Virus record (IMG/VR): IMGVR_UViG_2802429227_000005
Span: 1-16,099 of that record
DNA from: a virus
Taxonomy: Duplodnaviria > Heunggongvirae > Uroviricota > Caudoviricetes
Reading direction: 5' to 3' (one strand)
Length of the DNA stretch: 16,099 nt
Shown: positions 7,170 through 13,844 of the stretch, piece by piece
Position numbering within the stretch: position 1 is the first letter of the stretch
Layout: every line of letters begins with the position of its first letter
Position numbers and translations under genes: made by a program
The notes under the pieces: generated by a model
Databases searched by the model: none
The model's input: only the letters and a program-made list of their open reading frames with translations
What the model was told of the DNA's origin: nothing

Positions 7170-7442
7170 TCACCTCGCTGTCAGTTGTTTTGATTTCCGG
7201 TAGCCTGCCGCGTAAATGGCTACGTTTGGCAGGCAAATACTTCCACTGCATTCATCTGCCTTCTTGCAGCAAAGGCTTCCTAGTGATGCTGCTTTGTCTG
7301 CTCTGACGCAACCAGAGAGCTTTAGCGCAATTTTTCGCGCCAGTGCTTCATTACTGCGTCGCTCGGCAATAAGTTCTGCTCTGCGAGCTTTGTAGCGGCT
7401 TTTTGCCGTACCTTTGGATTCTTTCCAGACAATGGTTACCAT
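7170..7442 (-). CDS. N: N-like transcription antiterminator with an arginine-rich motif, phage-21 type (90 aa from the ATG at 7442)
   Basis: Arg-rich N-terminal segment GTAKSRYKARRAELIAERR matches the phi21 N RNA-binding peptide as I recall it; C-terminus YAAGYRKSKQLTAR resembles P22 gp24; GGAGA Shine-Dalgarno before the ATG at 7442; a nut site lies upstream. Confidence 0.7.
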   Translation of the reverse strand: MVTIVWKESKGTAKSRYKARRAELIAERRSNEALARKIALKLSGCVRADKAASLGSLCCKKADECSGSICLPNVAIYAAGYRKSKQLTAR

Positions 7443-7553
7443 GATGGTCTCCTTTAAGTGGCTTTGGCGCATGACGCGTCGAGGTGCTTATCTTCTCGAT
7501 CGCTGTCTTGCAGCTGCAATTCGCGCCATCCCCAAAACCACTCAAGTTCTGGT

Positions 7554-7593
7554 CTCAACGGTTAGGTTGAGAGTCCGTCGATGTTAAAGAGCC
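7554..7593 (-). promoter_or_regulatory. nutL site: boxA (GGCTCTTTAA) followed by a boxB hairpin (UCUCAAC-CUAACC-GUUGAGA)
   Basis: Minus strand reads GGCTCTTTAACATCGACGGACTCTCAACCTAACCGTTGAGA between PL and N; the boxB loop CUAACC matches the one in nutR. Confidence 0.6.
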
Positions 7594-7638
7594 TGCCAAT
7601 CTGTTCCGTTTGGCTTCCAGCGTCCTGCTGATGGCTTA

Positions 7639-7692
7639 AATTTAAGACTTCTTAATTTATTGGTCAAGTGCATTTTTGAAGAAAACTTAATT
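7639..7692 (-). promoter_or_regulatory. PL promoter (-35 TTGACC at 7662..7667, -10 TAAATT at 7639..7644, minus strand) with two OL operators of P22 type
   Basis: Operator-like TTAAG-N4-CTTAA palindromes at 7642..7655 and TGAAG-N4-CTTAA at 7677..7690, same pattern as the OR sites; 17-bp promoter spacer. Confidence 0.5.
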
Positions 7693-7729
7693 TTATGGAC
7701 GTTAATTTAGTTTGTCTTTGATTTTTAAC

Positions 7730-7756
7730 GGGAAATAAAAAAGGGGCGAAAGCCCC
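7730..7756 (-). terminator. Rho-independent terminator directly after the c2 stop codon (GGGGC-GAAA-GCCCC then T-run)
   Basis: Minus strand GGGGCTTTCGCCCC followed by TTTTTTATTTCC; the stem starts about 1 nt after the c2 stop. Confidence 0.7.
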
Positions 7757-8407
7757 TTAAGGAAGGTTTGCTAGCTTGGCATCAACGACAACGCCAATGA
7801 TTTTACAGTTCCCATTGATTTCAATCATTGGGTATTGTGGATTGAGTGGTTTCAGGAATTTTCTACCGGCATCAATAACTAACTTTTTGAATGTCGCCTC
7901 GTTTTCTCCTTCAAGTTTGGCGACTACCAGCTTTCCATTACGTGGTTCGACTTCTGGGTCGACGAGAATAATCATCCCCTCAGGAATACTCAGTCCTGCC
8001 GGGGCAGTCATTGAATCGCCTTTAACGTCGAGCCAAAAAGAGTCTTCAGAACAATCTACCGTTGTGTCGTACCAGTTATCTATTGCACGCCTATGATATG
8101 GCTCTACAGCTTCCATCCAACATCCTGCGCTTACCCAACTAATTAGAGGATACGAACCTCTTGGATCATGCCTGCTGTGATAGGCAATGTTTGAAAGACT
8201 ATCCTCTCCTTTCAACAGGTAATCAGGGGAGCACTGCAAAGCCTTGGCTAAGGCCAATAGGTTTTCGCCATTGGGCTCAGTTTCAGATCGCTCCCACTGG
8301 GAAATAGCAACATTAGACACGCCAACCATCTTGCCAAGGGCAGCCTGCCTAATCTTGAGTTCTTTTCTGCGAGCGCGAATACGCTCACCCATCAGTTGTG
8401 TATTCAT
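7757..8407 (-). CDS. c2: Phage repressor, P22 C2 type (HTH_XRE N-terminal domain plus LexA/S24-like C-terminal domain; 216 aa)
   Basis: Translation MNTQLMGERIRARRKELKIRQAALGKMVGVSNVAISQWERSETEP... matches the P22 c2 repressor almost residue for residue as I recall it; C-terminal GDSM and K (Ser-Lys dyad) self-cleavage motifs are present. Confidence 0.9.
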   Translation of the reverse strand: MNTQLMGERIRARRKELKIRQAALGKMVGVSNVAISQWERSETEPNGENLLALAKALQCSPDYLLKGEDSLSNIAYHSRHDPRGSYPLISWVSAGCWMEAVEPYHRRAIDNWYDTTVDCSEDSFWLDVKGDSMTAPAGLSIPEGMIILVDPEVEPRNGKLVVAKLEGENEATFKKLVIDAGRKFLKPLNPQYPMIEINGNCKIIGVVVDAKLANLP

Positions 8408-8473
8408 AGTTAAGACATCTTAAATAAACTTGACTTAAGATTCCTTTGGTGGATAATTTAAGTGTTCTTTAAT
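8408..8473 (+). promoter_or_regulatory. OR operator triplet with PR (-35 TTGACT at 8430..8435, -10 GATAAT at 8453..8458) and divergent PRM
   Basis: Three TTAAG-N4-CTT(A/T)(A/G) palindromes at 8410..8423, 8435..8448 and 8458..8471, spaced about 23-25 bp apart, overlapping PR; OR3 abuts the c2 start codon. Confidence 0.7.
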
Positions 8474-8487
8474 TTCGGAGCGAGTCT

Positions 8488-8673
8488 ATGTACAAAAAAG
8501 ATGTTATTGACCACTTCGGAACCCAGCGTGCTGTTGCTAAAGCACTAGGCATTAGCGATGCAGCAGTCTCTCAGTGGAAAGAAGTTATCCCAGAGAAAGA
8601 CGCCTATCGATTGGAAATCGTTACAGCTGGCGCCCTGAAGTATCAAGAAAGTGCTTACCGCCAAGCGGCATAA
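8488..8673 (+). CDS. cro: Cro repressor, P22 type (61 aa)
   Basis: Translation MYKKDVIDHFGTQRAVAKALGISDAAVSQWKEVIPEKDAYRLEIVTAGALKYQESAYRQAA matches P22 Cro as I recall it; GGAG Shine-Dalgarno; divergent from c2 across OR. Confidence 0.85.
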   Translation: MYKKDVIDHFGTQRAVAKALGISDAAVSQWKEVIPEKDAYRLEIVTAGALKYQESAYRQAA

Positions 8674-8680
8674 GCAAATT

Positions 8681-8720
8681 GCTCTTTAACAGTTCTGGCC
8701 TTTCACCTCTAACCGGGTGA
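8681..8720 (+). promoter_or_regulatory. nutR site: boxA (GCTCTTTAACA) plus a phi21-type boxB hairpin (TCACC-TCTAACC-GGGTGA)
   Basis: Read directly downstream of cro; boxB shares the CUAACC loop with nutL. Confidence 0.65.
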
Positions 8721-8778
8721 GCAAACATCAGCGGCAAATCCATTGGGTGTGCCGCTATAACTCAATATCAATATAGGA

Positions 8779-8811
8779 AAATTAACAAATGGCACAAGCA
8801 AGCTACAGCAA
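8779..8811 (-). promoter_or_regulatory. pRE-like CII-dependent promoter: TTGC-N6-TTGC (8798..8811) then 13 nt then -10 TAATTT (8779..8784), leftward
   Basis: Minus strand GCTTGCTGTAGCTTGC-TTGTGCCATTTGT-TAATTT; the TTGC repeats lie in the first codons of the cII-like gene, as in lambda pRE. Confidence 0.55.
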
Positions 8812-9085
8812 GCCAACACAGCGAGAAATTGATCGCGCTGAAACTGATTTACTCATCAACCTGTCAACGCTTACCCAGCGCGGTCTGGCAAAGATGATTG
8901 GCTGTCATGAATCGAAGATAAGCAGAACGGACTGGAGATTTATTGCTTCGGTCTTGTGTGCTTTCGGAATGGCATCAGACATCAGTCCGATTAGCAGGGC
9001 TTTTAAGTATGCGCTTGATGAAATCACAAAGAAAAAATCCCCGGTGGCCGCCGGGGACTCTAAGCAAATTGATATGCAATTCTGA
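8789..9085 (+). CDS. c1: CII-like transcriptional activator (P22 c1 type; 98 aa)
   Basis: Pattern similarity to lambda CII: ...ESKISRTDWRF... against ...KSQISRWKRDW..., and C-terminus TKKKSPVAAGDSKQIDMQF against TNKKRPAATERSEQIQMEF; position after cro and nutR. Confidence 0.75.
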   Translation: MAQASYSKPTQREIDRAETDLLINLSTLTQRGLAKMIGCHESKISRTDWRFIASVLCAFGMASDISPISRAFKYALDEITKKKSPVAAGDSKQIDMQF

Positions 9086-9108
9086 GGGAATTACTGGATC
9101 AATCCACA
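9031..9108 (-). ncRNA. OOP-like antisense RNA candidate (about 78 nt), with an extended -10 promoter and a terminator inside the 3' end of the cII-like gene
   Basis: Minus-strand hairpin CCCCGG-CGGCCA-CCGGGG (plus 9039..9056) followed by ATTTTTTC; about 77 nt upstream on the minus strand is TGtCATAAT (plus 9115..9123). Geometry mirrors lambda pO/OOP. Confidence 0.5.
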
Positions 9109-9117
9109 GGAGTCATT

Positions 9118-9279
9118 ATGACAAAACGTCGTAAGAAATACCAGGAAAAAGAAGAGATTCGACACCCTGATTCACCTGAGGGATTAGTGGTAGCCGCAGC
9201 AAATAACAGGGCGTTCGCAGAGCGCCTTGTTGGTGTTTACAGACTAGCCAAAGCAGGAGTGAAACATGGGCGTCGTTAA
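9118..9279 (+). CDS. Hypothetical small basic protein (53 aa; below the ORF-track cutoff) between c1 and the O-like gene
   Basis: Manual translation [53 protein letters not shown]; strong AGGAG Shine-Dalgarno 5 nt upstream of the ATG; overlaps the O-like start by 14 nt in another frame. Confidence 0.3.
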   Translation: MTKRRKKYQEKEEIRHPDSPEGLVVAAANNRAFAERLVGVYRLAKAGVKHGRR

Positions 9280-10096
9280 GTTAGCTGATTACAGGCCTCA
9301 ACTGGAGGTCGTGGAGCATCGCGTGGCAGAACTCGAAGATGGCTACACTCGGACTGCAAACACACTGTTAGAAGCCGCCATGCTTTCTGGACTTACTCTA
9401 CATCAGTTACTGATTGTTATGGCTGTGTGGCGCAAGACATACGGTTACAACAAAAAAATAGATTGGATCGGAAACGAACAGTTCGCTGAACTCACTGGCA
9501 TGGCACCAACCAAATGCTCTACCGCCAAAAACGAGCTTATCAGAATGGGAGTTCTCATTCAGGTGGGGCGTCAAGTTGGTATGAATACAAACATTTCCGA
9601 GTGGAAAACGAAAGTTAACGGATTCGGTAAAACATTTACCAATTCGGTAAAACAAACCTTCACCAAATCGGTAAAAAGCAATTTACCGAATCAGTCAAAC
9701 ACAAAAGACAATATACAAAAGACAATAAATACAAATACCCCCTTACCCCCTAACGGGGGCGGCGATGGGCAGGTTAAACCTGAACGTCGCAAGGCAGAAC
9801 GAATCGACTACGAATCCTTCCTGAACGCCTACAACACCGAAGTCGGTGACAGACTTCCACATGCTGTTGCGGTCAACGAGAAACGCAAACGCCGCCTGAA
9901 GAAAATCATCCCGCAACTGAAAACGCCAAACGTGGACGGTTTCAGAGCGTATGTCAGGGCGTTTGTGCATCAGGCCAAGCCGTTTTACTTCGGAGACAAC
10001 GACACGGGCTGGACGGCAGATTTTGATTACCTGCTGAGGGAAGATTCGTTAACGGGAGTGCGGGAAGGGAAGTTTGCAGACAGGGGGATTGCATGA
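9266..10096 (+). CDS. O: Replication initiator, lambda O-like N-terminal domain (P22 gene 18 type; 276 aa)
   Basis: N-terminal region aligns with lambda O ([18 protein letters not shown]...WRKTYGYNK...NISEW against VADLDDGYARLSNMLLEA...LRKTYGWNK...NISEW); iterons inside the gene. Confidence 0.8.
   Translation: MGVVKLADYRPQLEVVEHRVAELEDGYTRTANTLLEAAMLSGLTLHQLLIVMAVWRKTYGYNKKIDWIGNEQFAELTGMAPTKCSTAKNELIRMGVLIQVGRQVGMNTNISEWKTKVNGFGKTFTNSVKQTFTKSVKSNLPNQSNTKDNIQKTINTNTPLPPNGGGDGQVKPERRKAERIDYESFLNAYNTEVGDRLPHAVAVNEKRKRRLKKIIPQLKTPNVDGFRAYVRAFVHQAKPFYFGDNDTGWTADFDYLLREDSLTGVREGKFADRGIA
9622..9737. repeat. Origin of replication inside the O-like gene: ATTCGGTAAAAC iterons followed by an AT-rich stretch
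   Basis: Direct repeats ATTCGGTAAAAC at 9622..9633 and 9642..9653, degenerate AATCGGTAAAAA at 9666..9677, inverted TTTACCGAAT at 9682..9691, then AT-rich 9700..9737. Confidence 0.6.
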
Positions 10097-11469
10097 AACA
10101 GGATATCGAAGCGAGCGTTATCGGTGGCTTGCTGATTGGTGGATTAACACCAACTGCCAGTGACGTTCTGGCAACGCTGGAGCCGGAAGCGTTTTCAATT
10201 CCGCTCTACCGGAAAGCCTTCGAGGTTATCCGCAAGCAGGCGAGAAACAGAAACCTAATCGACGCGCTGATGGTTGCCGAGGCGTGCGGAGAGGAGCATT
10301 TCACGTCAATCCTGATGACCAGCAAAAACTGCCCGAGTGCCGCAAACCTGAAGGGATATGCCGGAATGGTCGCGGATAACTATCACCGCCGTCTGGTGCT
10401 GGAAATCATGGATGAAATGCGTGAACCAATTCAGAGCGGAACCATCGACGCATCGAGTCAGGCGATGGATGAACTTGTAAAGCGTCTTTCAGCCATCAGA
10501 AAGCCACGTGACGAGGTTAAACCTGTACGGTTAGGGGAAATCATCACCGACTACACTGACACGCTTGACAGGCGTCTGAGGAACGGAGAAGAGTCCGATA
10601 CCCTGAAGACCGGAATCGAAGAACTTGATGCCATCACCGGAGGGATGAACGCGGAAGACCTTGTGATAATCGCTGCTCGTCCTGGTATGGGGAAAACCGA
10701 ACTGGCGCTGAAGATTGCCGAAGGCGTTGCAAGCCGCGTTATTCCTGGTTCTGACGTCCGGCGCGGAGTGTTGATTTTCTCGATGGAAATGAGCGCATTG
10801 CAGATTGCAGAGCGAAGCATTGCCAACGCCGGGAGGATGCCGGTTAGCGTGCTGCGAAATCCTGCTTCGATGGATGACGAAGGCTGGGCGCGCGTTGCTA
10901 ACGGCATGAGTCAGCTTGCAGATTTGGATGTATGGGTAGTCGATGCCTCGCGGTTATCGGTCGAAGAAATACGCTCAATCGCAGAACGGCACAAACAGGA
11001 AAATCCAAACCTGTCACTCATCATGGTGGATTATCTTGGCCTGATTGAGAAGCCGAAAGCAGATCGCAACGACCTCGCAATTGCTCACATCTCCGGAAGC
11101 CTGAAGGCGATGGCGAAAGACCTGAAAACACCGGTTATCCCCCTGAGTCAGCTTTCGCGCGATGTTGAGAAGCGACCAAACAAACGCCCGACAAACGCAG
11201 ATTTGCGTGATTCAGGAAGCATTGAACAGGACGCAGACTCAATCATCATGCTCTATCGGGAAGCGGTATATGACGAGAACAGTAGCGCCGCGCCATTTGC
11301 TGAAATCATCGTGACGAAAAACCGTTTTGGCTCACTTGGTACGGTTTACCAGCGGTTCTGCAACGGACACTTTGTTGCATGTGACCAGGATGAAGCCAGA
11401 CAGATTTGCACAACATCAAATGCACCCGCTGCACGTGGCAGACGATATGCACAAGGGGCTGACGTATGA
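10093..11469 (+). CDS. Replicative DNA helicase, DnaB-like (P22 gene 12 type; 458 aa)
   Basis: Walker A ([15 protein letters not shown]), DnaB-type architecture and length; ATGA overlap with the O-like stop. Confidence 0.85.
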   Translation: MKQDIEASVIGGLLIGGLTPTASDVLATLEPEAFSIPLYRKAFEVIRKQARNRNLIDALMVAEACGEEHFTSILMTSKNCPSAANLKGYAGMVADNYHRRLVLEIMDEMREPIQSGTIDASSQAMDELVKRLSAIRKPRDEVKPVRLGEIITDYTDTLDRRLRNGEESDTLKTGIEELDAITGGMNAEDLVIIAARPGMGKTELALKIAEGVASRVIPGSDVRRGVLIFSMEMSALQIAERSIANAGRMPVSVLRNPASMDDEGWARVANGMSQLADLDVWVVDASRLSVEEIRSIAERHKQENPNLSLIMVDYLGLIEKPKADRNDLAIAHISGSLKAMAKDLKTPVIPLSQLSRDVEKRPNKRPTNADLRDSGSIEQDADSIIMLYREAVYDENSSAAPFAEIIVTKNRFGSLGTVYQRFCNGHFVACDQDEARQICTTSNAPAARGRRYAQGADV

Positions 11470-11496
11470 CCATCTACATCACTGAGCTAATAACAG

Positions 11497-11526
11497 GCCT
11501 GCTGGTAATCGCAGGCTTTTTTATTT
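11497..11526 (+). terminator. Rho-independent terminator after the replication genes (tR2-like): GCCTGC-TGGTAATC-GCAGGC then TTTTTTATTT
   Basis: Perfect 6-bp GC-rich stem with a T-run on the plus strand, directly downstream of the helicase stop. Confidence 0.7.
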
Positions 11527-11541
11527 GGGGGAGAGTAAATC

Positions 11542-11748
11542 GTGGCTGAGTTTATGCTCGTCGCACTCAAATGCGTTGGCGTTGGATGGATTCTTCTGAC
11601 GTTTTTTATTGTTCTGCATGGCTACATTCGTCTTGTTAATGACGGTAAAGAGCCATGGTGTACGTTGTTTTGCGCTGCATTTGTCTGGGTGATTATCGGT
11701 GTTATGCCTGTCGCTGTAGCAAAAATGGCGTGGCGTTTTTTGAGTTGA
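11542..11748 (+). CDS. Hypothetical small membrane protein (68 aa, two predicted TM helices), GTG start
   Basis: ORF in the six-frame track; GGGGGAGAG Shine-Dalgarno 7 nt upstream of the GTG; two hydrophobic helices (LVALKCVGVGWILLTFFIVL and FCAAFVWVIIGVMPVAVA). Confidence 0.4.
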   Translation: MAEFMLVALKCVGVGWILLTFFIVLHGYIRLVNDGKEPWCTLFCAAFVWVIIGVMPVAVAKMAWRFLS

Positions 11749-11765
11749 ACTGAGGATAAGTATCG

Positions 11766-12080
11766 ATGGACGAATCAAGAAAGCAGTTTGAAGAAAGTTG
11801 GTTGCGACGTGGGGGCGAATCCTCAGACCTTATCCGTTACCCTGAAAATCACCATGAAATTGGCAGCGGTAATATTGGTGGTCAATACGTGATGGTCGAT
11901 GTTCAAGGCCACTGGCAAACGTGGCAGGCATCGCGAGCAGCTATTGAAATTGAGTTGCAAAAGCCAAAGAAAGGCCCACTTCCCGGTGATTATCACATTG
12001 GCTATGACTCAGGTGCAGAATCACAATACGAAAGCGATGTAGAGGCCATCCGCGCTGCTGGAGTCAAAGTGAAGGAGTAA
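11766..12080 (+). CDS. Hypothetical acidic protein (104 aa), nin-region accessory gene
   Basis: ORF in the six-frame track with plausible Shine-Dalgarno; immediately followed by ninB; no family recognised. Confidence 0.5.
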   Translation: MDESRKQFEESWLRRGGESSDLIRYPENHHEIGSGNIGGQYVMVDVQGHWQTWQASRAAIEIELQKPKKGPLPGDYHIGYDSGAESQYESDVEAIRAAGVKVKE

Positions 12081-12082
12081 CG

Positions 12083-12493
12083 ATGAAGCAAACAATCTTC
12101 CTCCGAACTAAGCAACAACAGCAAGCTGCAATAAATGCCATCCTCGCAACACCACTCGATAAAGACAAGCCAGTCACCATCCGCATTACTGACTACAAGC
12201 GCAACCTTGACCAGAACGCAAAATTTCACGCGATGGTCGCAGATATCGCCAGGCAAGTTCAGTGGCGCGATAAATGGTTAAAACCAGAACAATGGAAGGT
12301 TTTGTTGATCAGCGGTCATGCAGTGGCTACAAAGCAGGAAGCTGATGTTTTGCCCGGCCTTGAAGGCGAATACGTCAACATTCGCGAAAGCAGCGCGCAG
12401 ATGAGCGTGAAGCGTATGGCAAGTCTGATCGAGTACACAACAGCATGGGCTATTGGTCAGGGTGTCAGATTTACCGACAGGAGGTACGAATGA
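12083..12493 (+). CDS. ninB: NinB (Orf-family recombination mediator; 136 aa)
   Basis: Similarity to lambda NinB ([30 protein letters not shown] against VVTIQERNRSLDQNRKLWACLGDVSRQVEW); GAAGGAG Shine-Dalgarno. Confidence 0.8.
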   Translation: MKQTIFLRTKQQQQAAINAILATPLDKDKPVTIRITDYKRNLDQNAKFHAMVADIARQVQWRDKWLKPEQWKVLLISGHAVATKQEADVLPGLEGEYVNIRESSAQMSVKRMASLIEYTTAWAIGQGVRFTDRRYE

Positions 12494-12672
12494 GACGACA
12501 GCGACGAAGTTTCACCGACATCATCTGCGAAAACTGCAAATACCTTCCAACGAAACGCTCCAGAAATAAACGCAAGCCAATCCCAAAAGAATCTGACGTA
12601 AAAACCTTCAACTACACGGCTCACCTGTGGGATATCCGGTGGCTTAGAGAACGTGCGAGGAAAACAAGGTGA
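12490..12672 (+). CDS. ninE: NinE (60 aa)
   Basis: Translation [60 protein letters not shown] closely matches lambda NinE as I recall it; ATGA overlap with the ninB stop. The ORF-track entry starts earlier (12445) at a probably non-native start. Confidence 0.75.
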   Translation: MRRQRRSFTDIICENCKYLPTKRSRNKRKPIPKESDVKTFNYTAHLWDIRWLRERARKTR

Positions 12673-12839
12673 TTGACCAAAATCGAAGTTACGAACAAGG
12701 AAGTGTCGAGCGAGCTTTAACGTGCGCTAACTGCGGTCAGAAGCTGCATGTGCTGGAAGTTCACGTGTGTGAAGCGTGCTGCGCAGAACTGATGAGCGAT
12801 CCGAATAGCTCAATGTACGAGGAAGAAGACGATGAATGA
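12669..12839 (+). CDS. ninF: NinF (56 aa, GTG start; below the ORF-track cutoff)
   Basis: Manual translation [56 protein letters not shown], a Cys-rich zinc-ribbon-like protein matching lambda NinF as I recall it; GTGA overlap with the ninE stop. Confidence 0.65.
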   Translation: MIDQNRSYEQGSVERALTCANCGQKLHVLEVHVCEACCAELMSDPNSSMYEEEDDE

Positions 12840-13554
12840 GTTAATAAATGGCAATGCCATCAAAATGACAAGCATTGAAATCGCTGAGTTGGTTGGTAAG
12901 CGTCATGACAATGTGAAACGTACCATCGAAACGCTGGCTAAAAATGGTGTTATCCGGCTTCCTCAAATTGAGGATTGTGGAAGAATCAATGGGTTAGGCT
13001 TAAATCAAAGTTTTTGTGTGTATGTATTCGAAGGCGAACAAGGAAAGCGAGACAGTATTGTCGTTGTAGCCCAGTTGTCGCCGGAATTCACCGCTCGTCT
13101 TGTTGACCGTTGGCGAGAGCTTGAAGAAACTGCGGTTAATATCCCCAAAACGTTACCGGAAGCGTTGCGCCTTGCTGCTGATCTTGCTGAGCAGAAAATG
13201 CAACTGGAAAACCAGCTCGCAATTGCCGCACCTAAAGTTGAGTTTGCCGATCGAGTTGGCGAGGCCAGCGGAATTTTGATTGGAAACTATGCAAAGGTTG
13301 TTGGTATTGGTCCAAACAAACTGTTTGCATGGATGCGCGATCACAAAATCCTTATTGCTTCAGGTTCCCGGCGCAATGTGCCAATGCAGGAATATATGGA
13401 TCGCGGCTATTTCACAGTGAAAGAAACAGCGGTCAACACAAATCACGGAATACAGATATCGTTCACCACAAAAATCACCGGGCGTGGTCAACAGTGGCTG
13501 ACCAGAAAGCTGCTCGATAACGGAATGCTGAAAGTAACCGGGGAGGCTGCTTAA
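12832..13554 (+). CDS. Phage regulatory protein Rha / antirepressor (Rha N-terminal domain plus KilAC/ANT-like C-terminal domain; 240 aa)
   Basis: N-terminus MTSIEIAELVGKRHDNVKRTIETLAKNG matches the Rha domain; C-terminal LPEALRLAADLAEQ...AAPKVEFADRV matches the ANT/KilAC pattern; inserted between ninF and the YbcO-like gene. Confidence 0.7.
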   Translation: MNELINGNAIKMTSIEIAELVGKRHDNVKRTIETLAKNGVIRLPQIEDCGRINGLGLNQSFCVYVFEGEQGKRDSIVVVAQLSPEFTARLVDRWRELEETAVNIPKTLPEALRLAADLAEQKMQLENQLAIAAPKVEFADRVGEASGILIGNYAKVVGIGPNKLFAWMRDHKILIASGSRRNVPMQEYMDRGYFTVKETAVNTNHGIQISFTTKITGRGQQWLTRKLLDNGMLKVTGEAA

Positions 13555-13844
13555 TGGCTAATCTACGCAAAGAAGCACGCGGCAGAGAATGCCAGGTACG
13601 TATTTACGGCGTATGCAATGGCAATCCTGAAACTACAGTTCTGGCACATTACCGGATGGCTGGAATTTGCGGAACGGGAATGAAGCCTGACGACCTGATC
13701 GGTGCATGGGCTTGTAGTTCGTGTCACGATGAAATCGACCGACGCACCCATAACCTCGACAACAAAGACGCCAGACTTTACCACCTCGAAGGCGTGATCA
13801 GGACGCAGGCGATACTGCTGAAGGAGGGAAAGATTAAGCCATGA
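13554..13844 (+). CDS. ybcO: YbcO-like DUF1364 zinc-binding putative nuclease (96 aa)
   Basis: Translation MANLRKEARGRECQVRIYGVCNGNPETTVLAHYRMAGICGTG...CSSCHDEIDRR closely resembles E. coli DLP12 YbcO as I recall it. Confidence 0.7.
   Translation: MANLRKEARGRECQVRIYGVCNGNPETTVLAHYRMAGICGTGMKPDDLIGAWACSSCHDEIDRRTHNLDNKDARLYHLEGVIRTQAILLKEGKIKP

Noticed and set aside
7351-7545. Minus-strand ORF 7351..7545 (64 aa), and the longer N start at 7472
   Set aside because: It overlaps the N gene in another frame and covers the nutL boxA/boxB site; the N start at 7442 has the Shine-Dalgarno, so the upstream in-frame Met at 7472 is unlikely to be used.
7776-8096. Plus-strand ORF 7776..8096 (106 aa)
   Set aside because: Antisense inside the c2 repressor gene; Ser/Thr/Pro-rich shadow ORF.
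8943-9134. Plus-strand ORF 8943..9134 (63 aa)
   Set aside because: Alternative frame overlapping the cII-like gene and the OOP-like terminator and promoter; no Shine-Dalgarno.
9407-10907. Minus-strand ORFs 9407..9655, 9743..9970 and 10551..10907
   Set aside because: Antisense within the O-like and DnaB-like genes, which have strong family-level support; no independent signals.
11521-11778. Minus-strand ORF 11521..11778 (85 aa)
   Set aside because: Antisense to the small membrane protein ORF and overlapping the tR2-like terminator; the plus-strand gene has a strong Shine-Dalgarno.
12002-12256. Minus-strand ORF 12002..12256
   Set aside because: Antisense across the 104-aa gene and the ninB start; Cys-rich shadow ORF.
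12445-12489. Upstream start for ninE at 12445 given by the ORF track
   Set aside because: The ATG at 12490 overlaps the ninB stop (ATGA) and gives the canonical MRRQRR N-terminus; the upstream extension lies inside ninB coding sequence.
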